A DNA stretch of 64,000 nucleotides. It comes from Kiritimatiellia bacterium. Its GTDB lineage: Bacteria; Verrucomicrobiota; Kiritimatiellia; RFP12; JBMNHG01. Of this stretch, positions 49,587 through 58,281 are shown piece after piece; within the stretch, counting starts at the first letter, position 1; each line of letters starts with the position of its first letter. Location of the stretch: positions 169,167-233,166 of the forward strand of contig JBMNHG010000006.1 in assembly GCA_050950285.1 (NCBI GenBank), written 5' to 3'. The notes below the pieces were generated by a model that was given only the letters and a program-made list of their open reading frames with translations, searched no databases and was not told the DNA's origin. The position numbers and the translations under genes are program-made.

Positions 49587-52500
49587 CTAGCGCACGAGGA
49601 GGATGGTGCCCGGAGGCACGGCCTCGTAGCAGCCCATGTCGACCTTGAAGCCGAGGCGGCGGGGCCCGCCGGCGAAGTCGAGGGCGTCGTCCATCCAGTC
49701 GGCGTTCAGGCCGGCGCCGACGGTCGGGCTGGCGGTGCGGATGCGGTAGTCGCCGTTCTCGGCATCGCGGAAGATCGGCGCGGCGGTGATGTTGCCGTTC
49801 TCGCCGTTGGCGAAGACGGTCTCCTCGCCGAGGCCGGTGCCGGTGTCGATGCGCTTGTTGGGATACGGCGAGCAGGTATTGGAGACATCCCGCTCATAGT
49901 GCATCACGTAGTCTTCGGGTCCGTCCAGGCAGGAATTGCGGGCGACGATGCAGTTGCGGACCGTGCCGCCCTGGTGGAAGACGCCGCCGCCGAAGCTGTA
50001 GCCGTTCTGCTCGACGCTGTTGTCCGCGACCGTGCAGTTTTCAAGCATGCCGCCATAGATCCGGACGCCGCCGCCGAAGTGGTAGATGGAGGCGTTGTGG
50101 TGGATCAGGCAGTTGCGGACGGTGCCGCCGTTGATGCGCGCGCCGGCTCCGCCGTCGCCGGAGTGGTGCAGCATCGAGCCGCGGTTCCAGGCGATTTCGC
50201 ACCGGTCCACCAGCGCGGAATTGCTTTCGATCCAGATGGCGCCGCCGTTGTAGTCGTAGCGGTTGCTCACGACGAGGCTGTCCACCAGCGTGCCGGTGCC
50301 GCCCAGGTAGACGGAGCCCACGAGGGCGCCGATGCCATGGCCGCCGCCGTGGCACCCGGTGACGACGATGTTCGACGCCATGCCGGCGCCGAGATAGACG
50401 CCGCCGCCCCAGCGGTTGTACGGGGTGTAGGCGCCATGGACGGTGAGGTCGCAGACGAAGGCGGAAGGGTCGGTGAGGACGAAGACGCGCTGGTCGACGG
50501 TGGTCTGGCGCACCGTGGTGAGGCCGCACCCGGCGCCGGCGACGGCGATGGGCCGGGAGAGCGCGATCTCCGAGGCGATGGTGAACTCGCCCGGGCCGAT
50601 CCCGATGGCGGCGTTGGTGGCGCCGCAGTCGAAGGCCTGGACAATCACCTTGCAGGCCTCGTCGAGATCGGGCGTCGCGGTCGCGGGCGTGGCGTAGGGG
50701 AAGGCGGCCGCGCCGTTGGTCGAGACGTACACGTGGTCGGCGAGCATCGAGATGATGCCGGGGCGTACGAACTCCGCCGTGTCGCCCTGCGGGTTTTCCA
50801 CGGAGAAGGTCACGGTGAAGAGGCCGGGCGTGGTGTACTCGTGGGCGACCTCGAAGAGGTTGTTGCCGGCGACTTCGGCGGAGCCGTCGCCGAAGTCCCA
50901 GGTGCAGGTCACGGAGTTCGTCGCCCCTTCGGGGCCGTAGATCCTGCCGCGGAAGGAGGCCTCGAGCGAGCCGAGGCCCTTCGTGGGACTGGTCGCGACG
51001 AAGGAGCAGTCGAAGACCGAGGGGTCGCGGACATACTCGAGGCAGCCCATGTCGATCGCCGGGACCCCGTCGCCGTCGCCATCGACGACGCGGGCGGCGC
51101 GGGCGAAGTCGACCGTCACGTCCGGATCGATCGCGGTGCCGGCATCGACGCAGGGCGAGGAGGAGGAGAGGCGGAAGTCGGCGTTGGCGGCATCGGCGAA
51201 GAGCGGGTCGAGGGAGGTGTTGCCCGTTCCGCTGACGAGTTCGGGGGCGCAGGAGTAGGTGGCCTCGCCGTTGCCGGTGTAGTCGGTGGCGGCGCCCTGG
51301 GCGGTCTTGTTGCCGGAGATGATGCAGTTGCGGACGGTGCCGCCGGTCTGGTTCACGCCGCCGCCGCCGGAGGCGCCCACGGTGTTGTCCACGATGGTGC
51401 AGTTCTCGAGGAGGCCCGAGAAGATGCGCACGCCGCCGCCGGGCTGGTATTCGCTCTGGTTGTCGTGGATGTAGCAGTTGCGGACGGTGCCGCCGTTGAT
51501 GCGCGCGCCGCCGCCGCCGTCGCCGGAGAAGTGCTGGGCGTTCCCGTAGTTGCCGAAGATTTCGCAGCGGTCGACCACGGCATTGGCGTCCACGTACACG
51601 GGGGAGGCGTTGTACCAGTCGCGATTGCTCACGACCACGCTGTCGACGAGTTCGGCGGAGCCGGTGAGGTAGGCCGCGGCGCCGAAGAGGCCGCCGTTGG
51701 CGTGGCCGCCGCCGCGGCAGCCGGTGATGACGACATTCGTCGCGAGGCCGGCGCTCATGAACATGCCGCCGCTCAAGCGGATGTGGTCGTTCACGTACTT
51801 GCCTTCGACGGTGAGGCCGCCCACCACGGCGTTCGTGCTGACCGTGAAGACGCGGAGGTGGTCGACCGTCTGCTTCACGCGGGTGGTCTCCGGGCCGTCC
51901 GTTCCGAGGATCGTGATGGGCTCGGAGAGATCGAGCTGCGTCGCGATCTCGTAGGTGCCGGGGGCGACGTTCACCGTCACGCCGGCGATTCCGTTGGACG
52001 AGGCCTCCTGGGCGGCGGCGACGACGGCGGCGAGGTCCGCCGAGGCGTCGGCGGGTTGCGCGTAGGGGTATCGGCCTGCGCCCGCGGAGGCGTCGGCGTA
52101 GAGGGCGCCGCCCAAGACGCTCACGCAGTTGGCGTTGGTATGGGCGTAGACGTCGCCCAGGGCGCTGGTCGCGGTGAGGATCACGGTATAGCGGCCAGGC
52201 GTGGCGTAGGCGTGCTGGACGTCGAAGAGGCCGGTGCCCGCGGCGGCGGCGGAGCCATCGCCGAAGTCCCACGAGCAATCGACCGAAGCGGTGGCGGCCG
52301 GGGAACCGTAGGCGGCGCCGGAGAACGAGGCGTCGAGCGATCCGACGCCCTTGTCGGCACCGTCCACGTCGAAGGTGCACCAGAATCCGGGCGTGATGGC
52401 CGAGGGGTCGGAGGCGATGAATCCGGCCTTGTTCTGGACGTAGAGGGTCACGTTCGTCGGGGCGAAAGCGATGGAACCCGGCTCGACCCACATGGCGTGG

Positions 52501-53546
52501 ATGCCGGAGACCGTGTCGTACGAGCCGCCGTCGATCTCCGAGGGGTCGATGACATACGGCCGGTCGGGGTCGATGTTGAGGGCGGCGTCGCGGGCGATGG
52601 CCACGGGCGCGACGGACGTGTAGAAGAGGGTCGTGCTCTCGTAATGGTTGGTCGCGACCGATGCGCCGGAGGTGCGGATCCAGGCGTGCAGGGTGATGTT
52701 GGTGTCGGCGGCCGGCTGCGGGAAGTCCACGAGTTCCGCGGGAATCATCTCGCATTCGTAGGCGACCCATTCGTCCGGATCGAGGGAGGCCGGATCGTCC
52801 GAAAGGGTGATCTGGTATGCGGTGCCGTCGACGACCTGCGGGAAGGCGGCGATTCCGACCGCATTGGTGCCGATGAACTCGTCGCTTCCCGTGATGGGGT
52901 TGACGATCTTGAATTCGTCCGGGGTCAGCTGGTAGGAGAGGTCGTCGAAGTAGTTGCCGGAGCGGTCGGTCACGCGCACGGCCATGTAGTCGCCGCCGGA
53001 ACCCTCGCGGAGCTTGATGGTGAGGGAGTTGATTCCGGGCTGGAGGACCGCGTCGGCGGTGTGCTCGCCGCCACCGTCCCATCCGTCGATCGACACGATG
53101 AGCGCGCCGTTGTTCCAGATGCGGATTTCGTCGTCATGGCGGATCCAGAAGCGGACCTCGCGGGCCGAATTGCCGGGGACTTTGACATAGACGTGCCAAT
53201 ACTTCACATAGTAGTTGCGGTTGGAGGGTTGCCAGAAACCGTCGGCATCCTCCATGGCCGTCCACGTAAGGGTCGTACCGGTGGTCGTGGTGCCCGACAC
53301 GGCCAGGTTCGTGTAGGCGAGTCCGTCGACGGGGCGTTGGTTGGCCTCGCCGCCGTAGGAGGCAAGATAGTCGTGGTTGATGCCTGCGTCGGCGAGATCG
53401 TCGGTTTCGAAGTTCTCGCCCAGATACAGGAGCGTGGTCCAATAGCCCTGCGGCAGGGGGCCAACGGCATCGAGTGCGCGGGCAGAGCGGGCGAAGAGCG
53501 CCACGGCCAGGAGAACGTTCGACAAAGCAAGCAATCGTTTCGACAT
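49587..53546 (-). CDS. Large secreted multidomain protein (PA14-like domain, two PKD domains, two parallel beta-helix/choice-of-anchor-Q-like units), about 1319 aa
   Basis: Signal peptide MSKRLLALSNVLLAVALF; WDFGDGS...H.Y.TPG x2; GGTVRNC repeats; SPCVDAG...IDMGCLE; ends VPPGTILLVR. Confidence 0.85.
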   Translation of the reverse strand: MSKRLLALSNVLLAVALFARSARALDAVGPLPQGYWTTLLYLGENFETDDLADAGINHDYLASYGGEANQRPVDGLAYTNLAVSGTTTTGTTLTWTAMEDADGFWQPSNRNYYVKYWHVYVKVPGNSAREVRFWIRHDDEIRIWNNGALIVSIDGWDGGGEHTADAVLQPGINSLTIKLREGSGGDYMAVRVTDRSGNYFDDLSYQLTPDEFKIVNPITGSDEFIGTNAVGIAAFPQVVDGTAYQITLSDDPASLDPDEWVAYECEMIPAELVDFPQPAADTNITLHAWIRTSGASVATNHYESTTLFYTSVAPVAIARDAALNIDPDRPYVIDPSEIDGGSYDTVSGIHAMWVEPGSIAFAPTNVTLYVQNKAGFIASDPSAITPGFWCTFDVDGADKGVGSLDASFSGAAYGSPAATASVDCSWDFGDGSAAAAGTGLFDVQHAYATPGRYTVILTATSALGDVYAHTNANCVSVLGGALYADASAGAGRYPYAQPADASADLAAVVAAAQEASSNGIAGVTVNVAPGTYEIATQLDLSEPITILGTDGPETTRVKQTVDHLRVFTVSTNAVVGGLTVEGKYVNDHIRLSGGMFMSAGLATNVVITGCRGGGHANGGLFGAAAYLTGSAELVDSVVVSNRDWYNASPVYVDANAVVDRCEIFGNYGNAQHFSGDGGGGARINGGTVRNCYIHDNQSEYQPGGGVRIFSGLLENCTIVDNTVGASGGGGVNQTGGTVRNCIISGNKTAQGAATDYTGNGEATYSCAPELVSGTGNTSLDPLFADAANADFRLSSSSPCVDAGTAIDPDVTVDFARAARVVDGDGDGVPAIDMGCLEYVRDPSVFDCSFVATSPTKGLGSLEASFRGRIYGPEGATNSVTCTWDFGDGSAEVAGNNLFEVAHEYTTPGLFTVTFSVENPQGDTAEFVRPGIISMLADHVYVSTNGAAAFPYATPATATPDLDEACKVIVQAFDCGATNAAIGIGPGEFTIASEIALSRPIAVAGAGCGLTTVRQTTVDQRVFVLTDPSAFVCDLTVHGAYTPYNRWGGGVYLGAGMASNIVVTGCHGGGHGIGALVGSVYLGGTGTLVDSLVVSNRYDYNGGAIWIESNSALVDRCEIAWNRGSMLHHSGDGGAGARINGGTVRNCLIHHNASIYHFGGGVRIYGGMLENCTVADNSVEQNGYSFGGGVFHQGGTVRNCIVARNSCLDGPEDYVMHYERDVSNTCSPYPNKRIDTGTGLGEETVFANGENGNITAAPIFRDAENGDYRIRTASPTVGAGLNADWMDDALDFAGGPRRLGFKVDMGCYEAVPPGTILLVR

Positions 53547-53633
53547 GGAATACCTCCGGTTTCGTTGAACACCAACTTTGCTTGATGGTATCACGTCGGC
53601 CTCCATGGATGCAAGAGAGGTTTTGTCCAGGAC
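53504..53633 (-). repeat. 130-bp promoter/RBS/signal-peptide module, copy 1
   Basis: Two mismatches versus 59616-59745; contains TTGCAT-18-TACCAT, GGAGG and codons for MSKRLLALSNVLLA. Confidence 0.92.
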
Positions 53634-53704
53634 ATTCCTGTCCGTGTTACGGGTCGGAAAACCCGTGCCCCTGTTTTGCAGTATGAATTGTGGCCGAGTT
53701 AGTA
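53630..53704 (+). mobile_element. Right half of the MITE-like element
   Basis: GGACATTCCTGTCCGTGTTACGGGTCGGAAAACCCGTGCCCCTGTTTTGCAGTATGAATTGTGGCCGAGTTAGTA. Confidence 0.85.
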
Positions 53705-53753
53705 ATCTGCGCAAATCTGCGCAATCTGCGGTTTCCATATAGCCGCGAAGCAG

Positions 53754-55652
53754 CTACTTCCCAGCCGATCGAAACGTAAAACATAGGCGTCCGGTGCGGG
53801 CAGGCTGGCGCAGCACGATCCGGATGGTATGCAGGCGCTTGCCCCACACCGGTGATAGCCGCGAGTCGTCAATCGCAATCTCGCCGAGCGTCACCTCGGC
53901 CCCCTCGGCCTCGATGGCAATCGTACCGTCAGCCGAGGCCAGCGCCTCGGGCAGCATGCAGGACTTGAGGCTGATGCTGCCATCTGCCTCCAACGCGGGC
54001 GCCGAGGGGGTCAGCAGCAGCATGGCGATCTCACCCACATCCCCGGTAAGCGTGTAGTTATCCGTCACGGTCACGCAGTCGCCGCGCCGCAAATCGATCT
54101 CCCGCCGCCACGCGCCGATGTGCGCCTCGGGCGGGTAGGCTTCGCGCAGATCGAGCGCGAAGCACATCCGCTGGTCGTCCGCCTCGTATTCCGGATCGCG
54201 GGCACGGAACGTCCTGCCCGCCTGCTGCTCGACGCCGTCGAGCGTCGGCAGCAGCGAGTGGAACGACGAGCGCATCGTCCAGATGGTGTAGCGTTCCGGA
54301 CCGAAGGTCTGGCGCGTGTACTCCCCTACCCCGGCATCAACGATCAGCGGCGCGCCGTCGCGGAAGATGATGAAACTGCCGATGTCGTTGTGGTTGTGGC
54401 TCTCGGCATTGTGCCCGCCCTTGGCGGCGACAAACCAGCCCTCGGCCGTACCGGCGTGGTCGCGCGCGGTGACCACCTGCGTATCGGGTAGCCAGGCGTC
54501 GCGCACCAGTGGCGGCGGGGTCTCGACCGCCAGCGTGATCGGGAAGCGGAAGGTCGCCTGCAGGGCGCGCTTGAGATCGCACCCGAAGGCAGGCAGAGCG
54601 CCCGGTTTGGCCTGCGAACGCTGCCAGATGTTGGCGCCCAGTTGCATGAGGTCGTTGTCGTTGGTGCATACGCCGTAGGCGTAGATGGAGTGCGCGGGAG
54701 CCGCCAGACGCGCGCCGGCATCGGCGAAGTTGACGAACCAGTTGCCGGCGATATGCGTCGCGACGATGTAGCGGCCCAGTGCCCTGACAAGCGGATCGTC
54801 GTAGAAGTTCAGTTTGTTCGCGGAGACACTCCTGATGAGTTCCAGCGCGTCGAGCAGTGCGGCGGCGGCCACGCCCCAGTATGATGGTCCCTCGTCGCAC
54901 CCGCCATCGGCAGGCATGCAGGCCAGGAAGCGGTCCAGACAGCCCACCGCCTTGTAGAGCGAGGCCGTCCGGCGTGCGGGCTGATCGTCCAGCAGGATGC
55001 AGACCAGCCAGTTGGAGACGATCCAGGGCGTCCAGTTGTTGAGCATGTGCCCGGGATTCTCGATACCCATCCACCAGTAGTGGTCGCCCGTCAGCGCCGG
55101 CTCGATTACCCGCTGCTCGACCTCGCGCCGCAGACGCGCGGGCAGCAGCGTCGAGACGGTATTCAGCTCGTCGCCCAGCAGGTAGAGCGTAAAGGCGATC
55201 AGGCTGCCGGTCTCGGCGGCAAAGAGGTCGACCGACGGTGCCAGTTGGTCGGGCAGACCGCCATGCTCCGCCGCGCTCCAGATGTGCGCCGGCACGCACC
55301 ACGAGGTCTCCTCGCAGATGCACCAGATGCCGTTGATGATCTCGTCCAAGAAGCGTCCGCGCCCCTCGCAGCACTCGGCCATCACCAGTGCCAGCAGCGC
55401 GCGGCGGCGCCCGAAATAGGGCGTCTCGTAGCGGCGGCGGTTGCCGTCGCGCCGGAAGGCGAGGATATCGGTGGCGGGCAGCATGGGCCACGGTTCGCCA
55501 AGCCATTGCTCGCCGGCCTTGATCCATGCCGCACGCGTGGCCTCCGGCAGCGCCTCCCATGCCTTGCGCTCGGCGAACTTGGGATAGGGACGCCACTGTT
55601 CGAACGGAAGAATCGCATCATCGGGAAGATGAATCAGCTTCTGACAGATCAT
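53754..55652 (-). CDS. Heparinase II/III-family protein
   Basis: GIWCICEETSWCVPAH, VDLFAAETG, NNWTPW, DGGCDEGPSYW and KGGHNAESHNHNDIGSF motifs. Confidence 0.88.
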   Translation of the reverse strand: MICQKLIHLPDDAILPFEQWRPYPKFAERKAWEALPEATRAAWIKAGEQWLGEPWPMLPATDILAFRRDGNRRRYETPYFGRRRALLALVMAECCEGRGRFLDEIINGIWCICEETSWCVPAHIWSAAEHGGLPDQLAPSVDLFAAETGSLIAFTLYLLGDELNTVSTLLPARLRREVEQRVIEPALTGDHYWWMGIENPGHMLNNWTPWIVSNWLVCILLDDQPARRTASLYKAVGCLDRFLACMPADGGCDEGPSYWGVAAAALLDALELIRSVSANKLNFYDDPLVRALGRYIVATHIAGNWFVNFADAGARLAAPAHSIYAYGVCTNDNDLMQLGANIWQRSQAKPGALPAFGCDLKRALQATFRFPITLAVETPPPLVRDAWLPDTQVVTARDHAGTAEGWFVAAKGGHNAESHNHNDIGSFIIFRDGAPLIVDAGVGEYTRQTFGPERYTIWTMRSSFHSLLPTLDGVEQQAGRTFRARDPEYEADDQRMCFALDLREAYPPEAHIGAWRREIDLRRGDCVTVTDNYTLTGDVGEIAMLLLTPSAPALEADGSISLKSCMLPEALASADGTIAIEAEGAEVTLGEIAIDDSRLSPVWGKRLHTIRIVLRQPARTGRLCFTFRSAGK

Positions 55653-55688
55653 GGTTTAGTTCCTTTCAAGTCTTGGAGAAATTGCTCA

Positions 55689-56687
55689 TCAGGCCATGCG
55701 CGCCGCCTGCTCGCGCGTGATGGCCCAGCGCAGGGGTTCGCCCGCCAGGAAACGGCGGCACTCCTCAATCGCCAAATCGCCCATGCGGGTACACTCGCCG
55801 GCCAGCGAGCCGGCAATGTGCGGGGTAAGGAAGACGTTGGGCAGCGTGTAGAGCAGCGAGCCGGGGACGGGCGGCTCGGGGTCGGTCACGTCCAGCAGCG
55901 CCATCAGATCCGGCCGCTGCTGCAGCACTCCGATCAGCCCCGGCTCGTCAACCACGGCACCGCGGGCGGTGTTGATGAAGGTGGCGTGGGGCTTGAGCGA
56001 GGCCAGCAGTTGGCGCGTGATCAGGCCGCGCGTGGAGGGCAGCGAAGGCGTATGGAGCGAGACCACATCGCTCGCGGCGAAGAGCTGCTCCAGACTGCAC
56101 AGGTGAACCCGCAGCCCGAGCTTGTCGGCCTGCTCCTGCGTAAAGAAGGGGTCGTAGGCCAGTACGCGCAGCTCGTGGGATTGCAGACGGCGGGCCAGCA
56201 ACTGGCCGATCATGCCCAGCGAGACAATGCCGACGGTCGAGCCATAGGCACCGGCAATGCCCTCGTGGCTCTGGCGTCCGGTAGCGCGGTAGGCGGCGGC
56301 GAGGCTCCAGGCGCGCTTGAGCGACAGGATAATCTGCGCCTCGGCATACTCGGCCACTGGTACCGCGTTGGCGGCGTAGCTGCTGGTAATCGGAATCTTG
56401 CGCTCCCAGAACTCCGCGGTCACTATATGACGGATCGAGCCGGCGCCATAGAAGACCGCCTCCAATTGCGGCATCTGATCCAGCAGCGTACCCGTCAAGG
56501 GCGGCGTGCCCCAGCCGCCGAAGAGCAACCGCACCCCGGCCAGTATCGCAGGGTCGGGCGGCAGCGGCCCCGCGCCGGGCAGCGGCTCGGCGATCTCCGC
56601 CATCCCGCGGAGAGTCTCCAACTGGCGCGGGCCGTAGATGCTGCGGAACGCGTCAGCCCCAAGCAGAAATAGGGCTTTCTTTTTCAT
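55689..56687 (-). CDS. D-2-hydroxyacid dehydrogenase family protein
   Basis: NAVPVAEY, GIVSLGMIG, FINTARG, LDVTDPEP and TPHIAG motifs. Confidence 0.93.
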   Translation of the reverse strand: MKKKALFLLGADAFRSIYGPRQLETLRGMAEIAEPLPGAGPLPPDPAILAGVRLLFGGWGTPPLTGTLLDQMPQLEAVFYGAGSIRHIVTAEFWERKIPITSSYAANAVPVAEYAEAQIILSLKRAWSLAAAYRATGRQSHEGIAGAYGSTVGIVSLGMIGQLLARRLQSHELRVLAYDPFFTQEQADKLGLRVHLCSLEQLFAASDVVSLHTPSLPSTRGLITRQLLASLKPHATFINTARGAVVDEPGLIGVLQQRPDLMALLDVTDPEPPVPGSLLYTLPNVFLTPHIAGSLAGECTRMGDLAIEECRRFLAGEPLRWAITREQAARMA

Positions 56688-56738
56688 GTAAGGCAGTCTA
56701 CCTTTTGTACGTGACAGGGTCAACAATCGGACTTAACC

Positions 56739-57536
56739 ATGCACCTACTACCCGGACTAGTCTCCATCTCCTTCCGCAGCCGGACGCCGGCCGAGCTGAT
56801 CGCGGCATGTCGTAGCGCCGGATTACAGGGCATCGAGTGGGGCGGTGACGTCCACGTCCCCCACGGCAATCTGGAGGTGGCGCGCGAGGTGGCGGCGCGC
56901 ACCCGCGAGGCGGGGCTGGAGATACCCTCCTACGGCTCCTACTACCGCGTGGGACGCGACGAGTCGCAGCAGGTCTCCTTCGCCCAGGTACTCGATACTG
57001 CCGTCGCGCTGCAGACGCCCCTGATCCGCGTCTGGGCCGGCGAGCAGGGCTCGGCCGCTACCACCCCCGCCACCCGCGCGCGGATCATCGCGGAAAGCCG
57101 GCGCATCGGCGTGATGGCGCGTGAGGCGGGAATCGGTGTCGCCTTCGAGTTCCACTGCAACACGCTGACCGACGCAACCGAATCGGCCATAGAGCTGATG
57201 GAAGCCACGTCGGATGCCGGACTCTGCTGCTACTGGCAGCCCAGCGTAGGCTGGACACACGCGGCGCAACTGGATGCCCTGCGCCGCCTGCGTTCCACGC
57301 TGGCGCACCTGCACGTCTACCAATGGCAGTCCGATGGACGCCGCGAGCCGCTGGCCACCGGCCGCGACGCCTGGCGCGAGTTCCTGGCGGAGGCCGTCAC
57401 GGTACCGCTACCCGCCGGCCTGAAGCAACGCTGGGCGCTGCTGGAGTTCGTCAAGGACGACTCACTGGAGCAGTTGCAGGAAGATGCGGAGACGCTGCTT
57501 AATTTGCTCGGAGAAACCGGAGCAGGTGAGGAGTGA
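56739..57536 (+). CDS. Sugar phosphate isomerase/epimerase (xylose isomerase-like TIM barrel)
   Basis: GLVSISFR, GIEWGGDVH, SYGSYY, IRVWAG, FEFH and LLEFV motifs. Confidence 0.88.
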   Translation: MHLLPGLVSISFRSRTPAELIAACRSAGLQGIEWGGDVHVPHGNLEVAREVAARTREAGLEIPSYGSYYRVGRDESQQVSFAQVLDTAVALQTPLIRVWAGEQGSAATTPATRARIIAESRRIGVMAREAGIGVAFEFHCNTLTDATESAIELMEATSDAGLCCYWQPSVGWTHAAQLDALRRLRSTLAHLHVYQWQSDGRREPLATGRDAWREFLAEAVTVPLPAGLKQRWALLEFVKDDSLEQLQEDAETLLNLLGETGAGEE

Positions 57537-57563
57537 GAGGGGAGCAGGGAGCGGGGGGTGCCG

Positions 57564-57750
57564 CTCGTCCTCGTCCTCGTCCTCGTCCTCGATAAGCCCC
57601 CGACTGCAATTTTGACAGATGTATCTGATGCACGCGGCATGATGCCTCGAGTGAATCGAACGAATCCAATGAATCGAGTGAATCGAGTGAATCGAGCGAA
57701 TCGAGCGAATCGAATCTGTCGAATCATTCGATTCTATCGATTCCATCGAA
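57564..57750. repeat. Intergenic simple repeats: (CTCGTC)n and 9-bp GAATCGAGT/C units with a partial inverted arm
   Basis: ctcgtcctcgtcctcgtcctcgtcctcg; gaatcgagtgaatcgagtgaatcgagcgaatcgagcgaatcg...ttcgattctatcgattccatcg. Confidence 0.75.
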
Positions 57751-57922
57751 AGGTGCATGAGGCGGCGAACGTCACCGCCGAGGACGGCGGGCACCACGTT
57801 CCGGCCTCCCGTTCGCTTCAGATGCGCCCTTGGAGCACGCGGTCTCCGGGCAGAAATGTCACCAAGGTTGTTTTGGGCGGTTACCGCGCCAACGGTGCCG
57901 TCACAAGACCACTTTCAACTCT

Positions 57923-58189
57923 TCAGGCGGTTCTCCGCTTCAGTGTTCTGTCCCCCACCCCCATCAGGAGCGCGGGGACGGAAATGTCCTCATCCAGGTC
58001 ATCCCAGTGGATTCCCGTCCCGCCACCGCTGATGGTAAATGCGTCACGCTCCTCAGGCGACGCCCTAAGCAGGCGCGGGAAGTAGGCCAGCGGCACACCC
58101 AATTGACGTCCGTCGGCGAGTTCAAGCCACATCACATCCGCATCGAACCAGACGTGTGTGGCGACAGGCTCAGCCAGTAAAGTGTTCAT
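57923..58189 (-). CDS. DUF2442-domain protein
   Basis: V.FDAD.MWLELADGRQLGVPLAYFPRL..AS.EER......GIHWDDLDEDISV. Confidence 0.88.
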   Translation of the reverse strand: MNTLLAEPVATHVWFDADVMWLELADGRQLGVPLAYFPRLLRASPEERDAFTISGGGTGIHWDDLDEDISVPALLMGVGDRTLKRRTA

Positions 58190-58275
58190 TCCAATACCTC
58201 TCGATTTCGTGGGCATGCTCAATGGCGACATCAAGTAATTCCCGCAACTCATGAGCCTCAAAAAAACCTTCGGTG
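58170..58275 (-). pseudogene. C-terminal remnant of a DUF4160-like protein
   Basis: EGFFEAHELRELLDVAIEHAHEIERYWNEHFTG* overlaps the DUF2442 start; no N-terminal part upstream. Confidence 0.65.
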
Positions 58276-58281
58276 TCTTTT

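Noticed and set aside
53547..53738. Extended N-termini of the 1383-aa and 555-aa ORF calls
   Set aside because: The extensions run through promoter and MITE DNA; GGAGG RBS and signal peptide support starts at 53546 and 59658.
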